Shown here: positions 34,568-47,690 of the stretch, piece after piece
How positions within the stretch are numbered: the stretch's first letter is position 1
How the letters are laid out: each line of letters begins with the position of its first letter
NCBI GenBank assembly: GCA_977862235.1
Contig: OZ374565.1
Coordinates: forward strand, 1,736,001 to 1,800,000
Source of the DNA: Dudresnaya verticillata
Taxonomy: Eukaryota
DNA length: 64,000 nt
Direction of reading: 5' to 3'
The notes under the pieces: model-generated
What the model saw: the letters and a program-made list of their open reading frames with translations, nothing else
What the model was told of the DNA's origin: nothing
Database searches by the model: none
Translations under genes and position numbers: made by a program

Positions 34568-37018
34568 ATGTCTCACGCTCCGAGTCGTCCCGATTCGCCG
34601 GTACCGAAACCCGATGACGTACCGATTCCGGAGCTTCCGTTGTTCGACTCGAACGCGAGTGACCGAGAACCGTTTTCTCGCACTCGCGCTTCACGAATAA
34701 CGGTACTTGATCTTCGCACAGACTCGCATTCGCAGGCTCACGGTAGCCAGTCCGACCTCTCGTATACGTACACTCCGTTGGAAATCGTTCCCTCGGATAC
34801 CGTCGATCAACTCTTCTCGATGAAGCACGTCTCCGGTTCCGAATTACGTTTACTCTACGAAGAGGTCATCGATGCGCTTTCTACCGCGTACCGTATCACG
34901 CAGCTTTCGATTCGTAATACGCACAATCGAGTTCACGAAGAATTCAACAATCTCCGCGCTGGCAAGGTCCGTAGGATCGAAGACTCACTCGAGAGTCTCC
35001 GAGATCTCGTCTCGGGAGTCAGCAATCGGTTTCTCGTGCTCGAGCGCAACGTATCCGCCCCCGTGGGCAAGGCGAGTCACTCGCTTCCCGTTCGCAGCTC
35101 GCACGCATTCTCCGAGGAACAGTTGAACGCAATTCGTGACATCGTGTCCGCAGCGTTACCGAAGTCTCGAAGTCGCGAAGATCATCTCGAAACCCGTCCT
35201 GACCCCCGCAATTCGCCGCTAGTTCAACCCGTGCAAGGCCCGGGTGCCCAATCTACGTTACCGAAAAACACGTATCCGAATCCGTCCCCGCACGCTTTAG
35301 CGAATCAGGCAACCGATGCCTCCCACAACCCCCGTATCAACCCCGCAGTATTCCGAGATTCGCTTCAACAACCGATGTCCCCCGGAGGACCCGTAATCGA
35401 AAATACGTTAGCGCTCGCGGGACCCGTGTCATCGTTCTGGCACTGGGGACCGCTCGAGCCCGGCGTCGAACCGATACCGACGCTCATCCCCGAATTCGCG
35501 CGGGCCGTAAGCCATCGATCGTATCGACTCACGAATTCGTCACCTCGGGATAATCAACACGAAGTATTCCGAGGTAACACGTCGAAAACCGTTTCACGCA
35601 TGCGTTCGATGATGCCGAGACTCGAGAAGTTCACGGGACGCGACCCGATTAAGGTTCTCGCATTTCTTCGTGATATTCGACAAGCGCTGAACGGAGTCGG
35701 GCTCACCGAAGGAGCAGCGGTTCGTACGATTTCGTGGTTTCTCGATGAGACCGCGCTCAAGGTGTATCAACACTATGCCTTCGGAGGCGTTCGTACGGGC
35801 AACCCGGTTTGCTGGTCCGCGATCGTGAACGTGTTACTACAACGATTTCTCACGGAAGACGTAATCGCAGACGCACACGATCGCGTGATAACCGCGAAGC
35901 AAAAGTCCGATGAAACCGAGATGGAGTTCGCGACTCGTTTGCAAGGCTACGCGGATGTGTGCTCCGGTGTCTACGATGACTCTTCGTTAACGCATCAGTT
36001 TATTCGTGGATTACTACCAACTACGTATCCTAACGTGGCCGACCAGGTGCGACGCCTACCGCTGTCCGAGCAGAAGAATTTTATGAGCGTGCAACGAATC
36101 GCGCAAGCCGAAGGCACGACATTCCGAGCTCGCGAACTACGTGACACCGCGGCCCAACAGTCGCGTGATTCGAAGAACCGAGCGTCCGCTACGTACCCGA
36201 AGAGTCGCCAAGCGCCCGGACGCACGATGCTTATCGAAGCTTGCGACACTCCCGGGAGTGAATACGAGTACCCGATGAACGAAGATCCGCAAATGGCCGT
36301 GATGATGATTCGTTCAGGAACCGGGTCCACATCCGCTACACCGACTACTTCGACAACGGTCTCCGTGGACGATACGTTAGATATCACGAGTCGCATCGAG
36401 CGCTTCGTGCCCGCACGTGTCCCACCAATGACCCCGGAGCAAATCGAGATGGCGCGTTCGATGATACCGAAGAATCAAGATGCGTGGCCGTGTTGGTTCT
36501 GTCGCGAAATCGGTCACCTCATGTATTCGTGTCCGTATCTCACGAAGGAGCAACAACTCTATTGCGCGTACCAGAACTACTTGTACCAACTCGAAACGAG
36601 ACCTTATACGCGTAATAACTTCGTGAATCGCGGCGCATCGAGAGGGAATTCGTTCGCGTCTGTTGACAATCGAGGTCCCCGTGGACAAGACTCCCGAGGA
36701 TCACGTGACAATCGCGTAAACCGAGATATTCTTCAAGGCGATACGCGCTACCCGAGGGACCGAGCCCAGCGTCAAGTCAGCTTCGAGCGTCGAGGACCGC
36801 CGACCGTCCTCCGCAATCCGAGACACGCGCAGGCCCCGGGCCGGCAACCGGTTCTCGCAGTCCGTGAAAACGTCGACGCGATTGAGCCGAGTCACCCGAA
36901 CCTGCCCTCGGAGGCTTACGAAGACTCTGCGAACAACGGAAGAGGTGATCGATCAACCTCCCCATTGGACGCGGACGCTCGCAATTCGGATTCTAGTTCG
37001 AGTTCGGAAAACGAGTAA
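34568..37018 (+). CDS. gag: Gag of element C (816 aa)
   Basis: Intact ORF; KQKSDETEMEFATRL motif; zinc knuckle CWFCREIGHLMYSC. Confidence 0.92.
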   Translation: MSHAPSRPDSPVPKPDDVPIPELPLFDSNASDREPFSRTRASRITVLDLRTDSHSQAHGSQSDLSYTYTPLEIVPSDTVDQLFSMKHVSGSELRLLYEEVIDALSTAYRITQLSIRNTHNRVHEEFNNLRAGKVRRIEDSLESLRDLVSGVSNRFLVLERNVSAPVGKASHSLPVRSSHAFSEEQLNAIRDIVSAALPKSRSREDHLETRPDPRNSPLVQPVQGPGAQSTLPKNTYPNPSPHALANQATDASHNPRINPAVFRDSLQQPMSPGGPVIENTLALAGPVSSFWHWGPLEPGVEPIPTLIPEFARAVSHRSYRLTNSSPRDNQHEVFRGNTSKTVSRMRSMMPRLEKFTGRDPIKVLAFLRDIRQALNGVGLTEGAAVRTISWFLDETALKVYQHYAFGGVRTGNPVCWSAIVNVLLQRFLTEDVIADAHDRVITAKQKSDETEMEFATRLQGYADVCSGVYDDSSLTHQFIRGLLPTTYPNVADQVRRLPLSEQKNFMSVQRIAQAEGTTFRARELRDTAAQQSRDSKNRASATYPKSRQAPGRTMLIEACDTPGSEYEYPMNEDPQMAVMMIRSGTGSTSATPTTSTTVSVDDTLDITSRIERFVPARVPPMTPEQIEMARSMIPKNQDAWPCWFCREIGHLMYSCPYLTKEQQLYCAYQNYLYQLETRPYTRNNFVNRGASRGNSFASVDNRGPRGQDSRGSRDNRVNRDILQGDTRYPRDRAQRQVSFERRGPPTVLRNPRHAQAPGRQPVLAVRENVDAIEPSHPNLPSEAYEDSANNGRGDRSTSPLDADARNSDSSSSSENE

Positions 37019-40000
37019 AGGCGAAGACGCCCGTTGTGTCACGTACTTCGTCTGAATCCGTTCCCCGAGACACTCCACGTATTCCGATTCCGAGAGCCGC
37101 TACGATGCGAAGGAAGCGCGCTGCACGACGACGAGACCGAAAGCGATGTCGAGTCCTCGCGAAAGACGCTTCGTGCGAAAACAATTCGAAGACGAAACCG
37201 ATCTCGAAGACCGAACCCGAAGTTACCACTGAGGGATACGTTTGCTTAATGACTTCGGAGATCTTCCTCGTGACCGGATCCATTGACCTCGATGCCTCCG
37301 TAATGACGCCGCATACGATTGCAGTCGATACGTGTTCCGGTTACAACCTAATAGCCCGGGCTGCGTTACCCACCGGTTGGGAAGCGAACGCGTCCACGAT
37401 GGAATCAGCTCCGAGGCTCGCGTCCGCTGATCGCACCCCGTTGCGACTCGATGGTATCGTTTACCTGACAGTCCGCCTTGGGAACGTTCGATACCGCGTA
37501 CCCTTCGTGGTTGCGGAGAAACTCGCAGTCGACGTTCTCTTTGGAACTTCGTGGATGGACGCGCATTTACGAAGCATCGACCTCAGCCCACGGAGGCTCA
37601 TCACGAAGAGTGGAAGCACGATTCCGATTATCAACCGCATTGTTGGATCGGCTCCGCCCGCTACTAATTCGAAAAATCCGAAGCAGAAATTCGAGAAAAC
37701 GCTATCGAAGCGACACCAACGTGAGCTCCACGATTGGGACCAGACACCCGTACCATTCGTTTGAACGGCCGCGTCACCATACCGAGTTATTTGCAGAAGC
37801 TAGTCACCGTGACCTCGGAAGCACTCGGACTAATTCATATCGAACCGAAGCCTTCGTTACAACACCGACACGGAGTACGGTTAACGAACGGGATACACGA
37901 AGTCAGTCCGAATCGCGAGTTTCGGTGTTGATGGCGAACTTCACGGATAAGCCTCGAGCCCTACCGAAGGGAACCTTCATCGGATACGCAGCTCGAAACC
38001 CGCTCGCGATTCTGACACCCGATCGCGAAGTCGCGGATTCGTTTGCCAAGGTGCTCAACATCTCTACGCTACGCGAGCACGACGACTCGAAGTCACCCGA
38101 AGAATCCGTATCCACGAAGGAAAAACCGCTCACGATGGGCGCCGCGACTGCAGCAGCAGAAGCCAATTCGAGTTCCCGCGATTGGGAAGAACGCGTAGAC
38201 CTTTCGAACATACCCGATGAAACTATGCGAAACGAGGTCCTCGAGATGCTACGTAAGCACGAATCGATGTGGAACGGAGACCTCGGAACGATCGCAGCCA
38301 CGGAGCATCGGATCGATCTACAACCCGGTACTCGACCTATCCGTTCGATGCCCTATCGTCAAGGGCCCGCAATACGTGAAATCGTGCGTAACGAAATCGA
38401 CAGTATGCTCGAAGCCGGAGTAATCGAACCAGCCACCTCGGAGTGGGCGTCCCCCGTAGTCCTCGCACCGAAGAAAGACGGAACACTTCGTTTTTGCGTA
38501 GATTACCGAAGACTCAATACGAAGACACTATCCGACGCGTACCCGCTTCCCCGGATGGAAGATTGTATCGATTCACTCGGAGACGCTTCGATTTTCTCTA
38601 CACTCGATTGTAACAGCGGGTACTGGCAGATTCCGGTTGCCCCGGAAGACCGCGATAAGACTACGTTTACTTCGTTTCTCGGAACTTATCGTTACCTTCG
38701 TATGCCCTTCGGATTGAAAAACGCGCCCGCTACGTTTCAACGCGCACTCGACATTATTATATCCTGAGTCCGTTGGCAGTGCTGTCTCGTTTACCTCGAT
38801 GACGTGATCGTTTTCTCCGCGAATCTTCGTGAACACATCGCGCATCTCGATCAAGTTCTCACGCTACTTCGCAACTCCGGAGTTTCGCTCAAGCTGAAGA
38901 AGTGCTTCCTTTTCCGAAAGCGAGTCGACTATCTCGGACACGTGATTTCCCCGGGGAAACTGAGTATGGCCGGGAAGAGCTCCGAAGCATTCCGATACGC
39001 GAAGTTCCCGAAGAAACTCACGCAAGTCCGTTCGTTCCTTGGCGCGTGTAACGTATACCGAAGATTCGTGAAAGACTTCGCGAAAATTGCGCGACCGTTG
39101 ACGAACATGACGCGAAAGGACGCGGATCCCGACTACGAGAATCCCACGGAGGATCAAGTTACCGCATTCGAAACGCTCAAACGGAAGCTCGTGTCACCGC
39201 CGATACTCCGGTTACCGAAACTCGGGAAAAGTTATATTATCGATACGGACGCGTCTGCGTATCAACTCGGATGCGCGTTGCTACAGGAGCAAGATAACGA
39301 ATAATTCCAACCCGTGGGCTACTGGTCGTATTCGTTAAACGATGCCGAGAAGAACTACTCCGCAACCGAGCGCGAATGCTACGCAGTCGTATGGGCGGTT
39401 ACTTCGTTGCGTCCGTATATCGAAGGGACCCGGTTCACCGTGCGTACGGATCACGATGCGCTCCGATGGCTTCTTTCTCTCACCGATTCGCCCGGACGAC
39501 TCACGCGATGGATGCTTCGCTTAACCGAATTCGACTTCGAAATCGTGTATCGCCCCGGTCGCGTCCACCAGATTCCCGATGCCCTCTCGCGACTGCTACT
39601 TCCGCATCGCGAACAACCCGCAATCGACGACGAAGTTCCTACGTTTGACTCGGATCAAATCGCAGCAAAGAACGAAGAACGTTTCCGCAAGGACATTACG
39701 AAAACCATCGAAAACGAAAGAGACCCGGTTCTAATTACTACGCGATCCCGAAAACGACAATCGAAGCCCACCGCGATTCGCCACGACTCTACGCGAAAGA
39801 CTACACCCGCGACACGCGTACATCGAGCAGGCACTACGCCACGACCCACGGAGGTCACCACGGGTTCCGAAACCCACAATCATACGTGCCACGAAGGCTG
39901 CGAACACGAACACGACGCAGAACTACGTGATGAATACGCAGGCCAAAAGGATGTCTACGATGACTGCGACTTATGGGACGATATCGATGACGATGATCCG

Positions 40001-41639
40001 TTTGACCTTTATCGAATTGACCCCAACGAAGAACCGAGTGACCTCACCGACGTGAAACCCGTGGACCTCCCTGCGCCGATTACGGTAACCGAAATCCTCG
40101 AAGGACAACGTATTGATTCGTTCTGCCAAACGGTGCAATCACGACAATCGAAAACGAAGGATAGTCTATTTCACGAAGATGGAGACGGTCTCCTGCGACG
40201 AACGCACCCAACGATTCCGAAGCTAACGCAAATCGTATTGCCCGAGACGCTCCGACGTCGCTTGCTCACGCTGGCGCATCATTCGTTACTCGCTGGCCAC
40301 CCGGGGCAAAATCGTATGTTCTACTCGCTTCGTGAAACGTATTACTGGCCTTACATGGCCGCCGATATCGCATCCACGGTTCGTAACTGCAAACATTGCG
40401 CAAGGAATCGAATCCGTCTCCGAAGAAATCTTCATCGCTTGAAGCTCTTCCCCGCTACGCGCCCACTCGAATCGGTCGCGATTGACATCTTAGGCCCGTT
40501 GCCACGAACGAAATCCGGACGCAAGTTCATTCTCGTGATTACGGATCGCTTTACGAAGTTGACCCAGGTGGCCACACTACGAGTAATAACCGCATATCAC
40601 GAGGCCGTTGCCTTTTGCGTAGTTTGGATCTTCAAGTAGGGACCGCCAGCCTCAGTGCTCTCGGATAACAGGAAACAGTTTACTTCGAAGTTCTTTCAGG
40701 GCGTCTGTCGCTTACTCGGGTTATCGAACGTATTCACTTCCGCGTATCATCCGCAAACGAATGGACAAACCGAACGCTATAACCGCACTATCCTCGCAAT
40801 GCTTCGCAACTACGTGAACGACCACCAAAACGATTGGGACCGCTATGTTTCCGCGTTAACGTATTCATACAATTGCCACGTTCATCGGTCTACGATGAAC
40901 GTGGCAATTGACAACTCCGTTCAATCTCGTTTTATCGCGACCGCCGCCCGAGTTCACCGTGAAACATCGCTCCCGGAAGCATCGACCCAAACCCACGGAG
41001 GACCTTCGCAACGATTTCGTTAAGCGACTCGATTTCGCCATCGATTCCGCACGCACTTCGTTACAGCGAGTTCAAAATCGTTACAAACGCGACTTCGATA
41101 AGCGCATCCGCCACACGAAAAGCCGCGTCAAACCCGGAGACTACGTGTACCTCGATACCCACGATGGGAAAACGAAACTTCCGAAGTTGAAATCCCCCGT
41201 GGAGGGGCCGTATAAAGTGCTCTTCAACGACACGCGAACACTCGTAATCGATCGCAAGGGCCTCGTTGAACGCGTCTCCGCGGACCGCTGTATCTACGCG
41301 CCACCACCTACGAATTCGCGACCGTCGATTACGCGACCCGAAGACATTGCGGAAAAGGTCACCGAAGGCCCCGAATACGTTGTCGATCGCATCCTAGCTC
41401 ACTCGACCGACGACGCCGGCAAATTCGTGTTTCGTATCAAGTGGGACGGCTACGCGACGCCTACGTGGGAACCGCGCACGCACGTGCCCGAAGAACTCGT
41501 TTCGCGCTACTTCGCAAAGCTTCGAAGCCAAGCGGACCCGCGTGATCCCGTGCTACTCGCCCACGAATGGCTCTCCGACTGGGACCCCGAGTGGTTCCGT
41601 GGCCCCGACTTCGCGCTCCGCAATTCGTCGCACGATTAA
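36997..41639 (+). pseudogene. pol: Pol of element C (PR, RT, RNase H, IN, chromodomain), disrupted
   Basis: VDTCSG; RFCVDYRRLN, MPFGLKNAP, YLDD; DTDASA, NYSATERE, TDH; IN DILGP, SDN; chromodomain EYVVDRIL...KWDGY..TWEP. Stops at 38765, 39302 and 40637; frameshifts near 37750, 37925 and 40900. Confidence 0.95.
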
Positions 41640-42824
41640 CGCTCCCGCTCATCCGGTTTGCGCGTCGCACTGTCCTCACTACTCGAAAGGCCCCGGAGCC
41701 ACACCCCGCCCTCGCTAGCCACGCGCTCACTACGTAGCTGCTCATTTCGATTGCCTCGGAGCATCCGATCGCCCAGTGCCGCTCGGCGCACATCGCGGCC
41801 CAACTTCGTGATCCTCGACTTCGTATTTCACGACGTCGCGCACGCCCACAGGCTCCGACACACACGCATGCCTAAGAGCAGATGGCCGCCACCTCGCACA
41901 TGACGCTACCGCAGCTGCGCACTCTCGATGACACGCGATGCACGCCAACGCAACCCGCCGCGCCACTCTCGGCCGCGCGCCGCACGACACCGAGGTCCTC
42001 GGAGACGACACGCCACCGCATCAACGAGACGCGATCACGGAGCCCTTGCCCTCACGAAGTTGCGCTCCACGCCGTCGGGCGGTGTCGACCACCCCCGCCC
42101 CAACTCAGCGCCCCTCGTGACATCCGCAAAGGCGCCCCGCGCGCACCCGGTTGCACCGCGGCACTCGCATTACAGGGGCTGACACCGCGACGGACGGACG
42201 GACACGGTGCCCTATCCGTAATTTGTCATGCGCACCTGACGTCATACTGCGAGGCCGATGCCACCCGCAACGCGCACTTCGACTTTGCAACCCGCGCCTC
42301 ACTTGCGACACGGAGTTCACTTGTTACGACGCGCCTTCGCAATGACCACGGAGTCCTCGTTGTCGCCAAGCGCAAGGCCTCGGCGCCCCTTTACGCATAC
42401 GTTCCGCCCGCACCGATGCGCCCCCGAAGCAGCTCGCACGCGCCAGCCCGGGACCTCACGCAATTGTCATCGCAACACCCGAAGCAGCTCTCCGAGGAGC
42501 ACATATCCGCCACCAACCCCCCCAAGCACGTCGGCGCGGACGCCTTCGTCTTGAGGAGGGGGCCGTGCACGTGAAATTCCGAAGTCTCGATGACCCCGCC
42601 ATTCGAGAACCGAAGCTGCGATTTCGAATCCGTTTTGTCTCCGTGATTCCCGAGATCTTCCCGGACTCCGAAGGCCAAGTCAATCGCGCTTCGCAACTCT
42701 CGGTTTGTCGTAGTCGGATGATATCGAAATTCTGCGCTTTGTATTGCATCGTTTGCACGCAGGCCACGCCAATTCGTAAATCCGTAACCCGCGACCGGGA
42801 CGTTCGCTCTTGAGGAGGGGGCCG

Positions 42825-43675
42825 TGTGGTATAGACGCTATCCGTGAAACGACTCCGTGGTCTACGTGAAAATAATCGAGAAATACTAATTTCGAGATGA
42901 CTCCGTGAATGCGTACGCCACGATGGCAAACGTATTACAGCAATGCATACGGTGCGCGCGCCACAATGGCATACGCATTACAGCACGCACGTGAGACGAA
43001 ATCGCTGACTCCTCCGGACGAATCCCGATCCGACTTCGTGATCGCGCGCGCCACGATGGCATTCGCATTACAGTGCGCACCCGATACGAAATCGCTGACA
43101 CCTTCGTGACTTTCCCGTTGTTTCTCGCGCGTAACGGCACCGGGGCCCACGAGACACGCGCACCTCCGTATGCATTGCTGGCGCACTTCGCAACCGCCAC
43201 CATACGTGAGGCGACCGTTCGCTGGCACCGAGGCCGTTACGAATCATTCGAGTACGAACCGTCTCCCGAGTTGACGCGCATTCGTGCTCACGTAGTACTA
43301 CTTAGCCAGTCGTCTGGCACAACCTCCGAGGGTTTCCGGCAAGCGACTAGCGCCCGGACCTCGGAGTCTTCGGTAAACGCTGTTACTTCGAGTTCGGTGT
43401 CTTCGTCTTCGTGACCGTGGATACGGTCGAGCCTCGCTTTTGATAGCCTCGCGCACCCGGAGTTATCCCCGGCGATCGATCGCTCGAGTTCTCCCTTCCG
43501 CACACGAATACGTTGACACCGTGGTCCTTCGTGTTAGCCGCTCCGCTCTACCACGCTACCAACCCGTTTTCGTTTCTTCGTTAGGCTACGAGGCCATTCG
43601 CTAGGCTTCGAGGCCATTAGCTTACAGTGCGAGACTTCCCCGCGTCTCCGTGGACTTCGTTTTCGTTATACCACA
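42825..43675 (+). repeat. 3' LTR of element C
   Basis: Preceded by the PPT; matches the 5' LTR. Confidence 0.95.
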
Positions 43676-43769
43676 CGCGGCAGGTGAAGTTGGCGCTCGA
43701 CGCACTTCCTTGCTGAGTAACGTCGGCGTCTGAGGAGCTCCCCTAGAGGAACCACGCATCGAGCGCATG

Positions 43770-45764
43770 GCGGCTGTAGCCAAGGCCCTACGAGGGACAA
43801 CGGTTTCCCCGACCTCCAGCTACTCTACGAGGATACGATGGACTCACTTTCGGAAGTGTACTACACCTTCATGGCCTCAGTCGTAGACGCGCGGGCACAA
43901 GGTCAACGTGACCTGGAGTCGCTTCGACGCGGAACTCTTGCCTCCATCGAGGAAGGATGAACCCGAACGCAAGGGCTCCTCGACGAGCTCCGCCAACGCG
44001 TTGAGTTGATTGAGCACGCACCGGCGCAGCATGACCAGCGAGCGCCTAGCCCGTCGCCGGTGCGGAGCTGTCCTCCGCGATCGCCGTCTCAGGCGGATCC
44101 GGTTCGCGAACTGGCCAACGCCCTCCTCGCTGAGCGTCATGCTCAGCGAAACCCCTTTTCTCCACCGGCCTCTCCGCCTAGGAGTGGGCAAGGCTCCCCT
44201 CGCCCTACAAGAGATGACGACCCCTTCTACGGGGTCGACCCCAAGCTACTGCAACGCGCCCTCGACGGGCGCGGAGTTGGAGGGGCGTCTAGCCCCTCAC
44301 CACAAGAAGGTCCCGTGTTGGCCTACTGGCACTGGGGACCATTGATGCCGGGCGTCGAGCCGCTGAGCACCTTGGTCCCCGAATTCGCAAAGGCGATCGA
44401 TTACCGCTCCTATCGTCTAGACAACATAGGACAGCGGGACAATCAGCAGCAAGTCTGCAATGGCAACGCCGCCAAGATTGTCAGCAGGATGAAGGCTTTC
44501 ATGCCGCTGCTAGATCGCTACGACGGCAAGGAGCCCATTCGCTTGCTTGGCGTGCTTAGAAAGCTACGCCAAGCTGTCTTCAACGGCGTCGGCCTGTCGA
44601 AAGGCGCAGCGGCGCGAGTGGTGTCCTGGTTCCTAGACGGAACGGCATCCCAGGTGTATTCGAGTCACCTTTTCTCGGGGTTCCGGACGACTAGTCGCAG
44701 CACCCCCCCTGCTGGGCCTCGGTGGTCAATACCCTCGTCGAGATGTTCGTCACCGACGACGTGATCGCCGACACGGACGACCGACTGACCACCGCCCGGC
44801 AGCGGGACGCCGAGTCAGAACTCGAGTTCGCCTCTCGTCTAGAGGGCTACGCAGATGACTGTGCCGGCGTCTACTCCGACGAGAACCTGAATCACCAGTT
44901 CCTTGGTCTGCTTCCGACCACCCGACCCGCAGTGGCGGAGAAGGTAAGGCAGATACCAATGGTCGAGCAGACCAACTTCAGTACCGTTCGTCGGATTGCT
45001 CACAGTGAGGGCACAACCTACCGCGCCCGCATGGCCAAGGCGTCGACGCCGGCTATCGTTTCCGAGCGCGGTAGGTGGAGCAGTTCGGCAAGCGGTGGCA
45101 CGCTGCTTATCGAGGCGCCACACACCCCCGATAGGGAAGCGGCCTTCGACGGCACGATGTTGGTGGCGCCGGATGACGATGGTTTCGAACCCGTCATGGT
45201 CGTGCCCTCGCTGTCGACAGCCGGGACGGCGCAAACCGAGAAGACCCTCGACATATCAGGACGCATCGACGCAGTCCTGCCGAGGAGGATCCCTCCGCTC
45301 ACACCGGCGCAAGAAGCAATGGCCCGCGCTGTCACCCCTGATCGACAGGGGTGGTACATCTGCTGGTTCTGCCGAGCACTTGGGCACATCATGTACTCGT
45401 GCCCATTCCTGACTAAGGAACAGCAGTTGTACTGCGCGTATGCGAACTGCAACCATAGACTGGAGACGGAGCCGCACGCGCGCAACAGCTTGCAGCAGCT
45501 CATCGACGAGCGCATGCCGGCAGGCACCAAGGAACGTTACCAAGACGCTTCGACGCGCAGCGGGGTGGGGACCGACGCTTCGACGCGCAGCGGGGTGGGG
45601 ACCGACGCTTCGACGCGAGAGGTCCCCCACAGCGCTTCGACCCGCAAAGGTATGGCGGGGAGCCGCGACGGTACCTCGGGGATCGTCGAGATCCGCGCCG
45701 CGAATACCAAAGAGCAGACGTCCCGCGGTTCCTCACTCGCGACAAGCGGGTCGGGTTTGACGAC
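43770..45764 (+). pseudogene. gag: Gag of element B, frameshifted, homologous to C gag
   Basis: YWHWGPLMPGVEPL...YRSYRL; CWFCRALGHIMYSCP; 30-bp repeat at ~45544-45618. Start approximate. Confidence 0.85.
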
Positions 45765-46455
45765 TGTAGTATAGACGTCGGGTCGATCCGACTTCTGATA
45801 CTTGCTGGTCCAAAGCCGCCACACAGACCCATCGATGGGTAGCTGTTGGGGTTGGTAGAGCGGTGTCGGCCGCGTGCGCCCCGCAGGTGCGGATCAACGG
45901 CGTCGATGCCGGAGCGCGCACGGGGCGTACCGTACGCGGGTAGGCAGCGGCCGGATCCCAGCGTGCCTGTCGAAGGGCGGCACGAAGCCGACGGAAAGGA
46001 AAAGGAAAGGGGAAAGCCTAGCAAGGCAAGGGAAAAAGGGAAACCGCCCGCTGGCGTAAGGCAAAGGGATCGAACCCGAAAAGGCTGGGGGCAAGCTTCA
46101 GCGCGAGCGTTGCTTGCCCGGTTTACTGAGCCGTCGATGGCCGACGGTCTTAAATACCCTACACTATGTGCACTACGACTACTTCTACAGTAGATGCGCC
46201 CCACAACACCAACGCGGGAGGTGTGTGAGCGCGCGCCCATACACGTGTCGAGACGTCCGGGTAACGGTTACCCGTGGGCGCGCGCGGCCGCTGCCGGCAG
46301 CAATGCGGTCGACCGCTACTAATTCAACGAAAAAACTAAGGACACGCTGCCCAACCACGACTCGCCAGCGGGCGTCATCGTGTGCAACACTACAGTGCGG
46401 CGCTGCCAGCATACCTTACAGCCGCCGCTGATAGTGTGCTGACAGCTATACTACA
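45765..46455 (-). mobile_element. Solo LTR 'D' (B-related family), reverse orientation, inserted in B
   Basis: TGTAGTATAG...CTATACTACA termini; TSD ACGAC/ATGAC; reverse complement of 61471-62265 with deletions. Confidence 0.9.
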
Positions 46456-46539
46456 ATGACCAAGCCGGTCGCCAACCTCGGGCGTCGACGCCCTCGAGGC
46501 CCGACCCGCAGCACGAACTGCTTCGGGCAGTGATGACCG

Positions 46540-47690
46540 TGCAGGAGCACTGTGCCCGGAACCGCATTTGACTGCGAAGACACCTTCATAGACTGAAGCT
46601 GTTCCCGGCCACCAGGCCGCTGGAATCCGTCGCTATCGACATACTGGGCCCCTTGCCCAAGACCAAGTCTGGTCGCAAAATCCTCGTCGTCAAGATGGAC
46701 CACTTTACTAAGCTGACGCAAGTCGCGCCTCTGCGCACCATTACGGCTCACAACGTCGCAGTTGTCTTCTGTGAACAGTGGGTCTTCCACTACGGGCCCC
46801 CTAGGTCCTTGCGTTCCGATAACGGAAAGCAGTTCACATCGAATTTCTTCCAAGCCGTCTGCCGGTATTTGGGTTTGAACAACGTGTTCACCTCCGCGTA
46901 TCACCCCCAGTCGAATGGGCAGGCTGAACGCTACAACCGGACCGTCATGGCCATGTTGAGGAGCTACGTCAACGATCACCAAAACGATTGGGATCGATAC
47001 GCCTCTGCGTTGACGTATTCCTACAACTGTCACGTGCACGGCTCGACGCGGACAACTCCATTCAGCTTATTCTTGTCACGGCCTCCGCCAGAATTTACTA
47101 AGTTTCACTCGGCGGTCGACCGCCCGAAACCTAGTGATGATGTCCGAACGGACTTCCTCACGCGGTTAGACACCGCTATGGGCCTGGCTTCTGCAGCCCT
47201 GGCCAAAAAGCAGAGGCGTTACAAAAAGAACTTTGACCGACGGGTCCGGAAGGTCAACTCCCGCATCAAGACCGGGGACTATGTCTTCATCGACGCAACT
47301 GACGGGGTGACGAAACCACCGAAGTTGCGGAGCCCGGCCATCGGGCCTTATCGCGTGCTGCTCAACGACGAGCGCACGTCTTTTATCGAAAGAGACGGCC
47401 TGGTCGAGCTCATCGCAGCGGACCGAGCCGTCTTCCGCCCCACGCCTCTGCGGGAATACACCGCGCGTCGAAGCGTGTACTTTCCCACCGCCGACGATCT
47501 CGCGTCCAAGGCCGTCGACGGCCCGCAGTTCGTGGTGGACAAGGTACTTGACCATGGCACGGCCGAAGACGGCACGCTGCTATTCCAGGTCAAGTGGACC
47601 ATCTACTCTAAGCCGACCTGGGAACCTCGATCTCATTTGCCGGAGGAGATGGTGAGCCAATACTTCCGCGCTCAGAAGCGTCGGAAGGGC
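46540..47690 (+). pseudogene. Integrase core plus chromodomain of element B (N-terminus deleted)
   Basis: HCARNRI*LRRHLHRLKLFP, DILGP, SDNGKQF, YHPQSNGQAERYN, GPY; QFVVDKVL...KWTIY..TWEP. Confidence 0.92.

Larger units (their letters stand above)
33646..43675 (+). mobile_element. Full-length Ty3/Gypsy chromodomain element 'C'
   Basis: 851-bp LTRs (TGTGG...CCACA), about 98% identical by eye; TSD CGCGT/CGCGG; PBS at 34498; PPT GAGGAGGGGG at 42812; gag-PR-RT-RH-IN-chromodomain. Confidence 0.96.

Noticed and set aside
41882..42574. 230-aa ORF in the 3' region of C as an env-like or additional gene
   Set aside because: No TM or signal; GC-rich composition explains the ORF.
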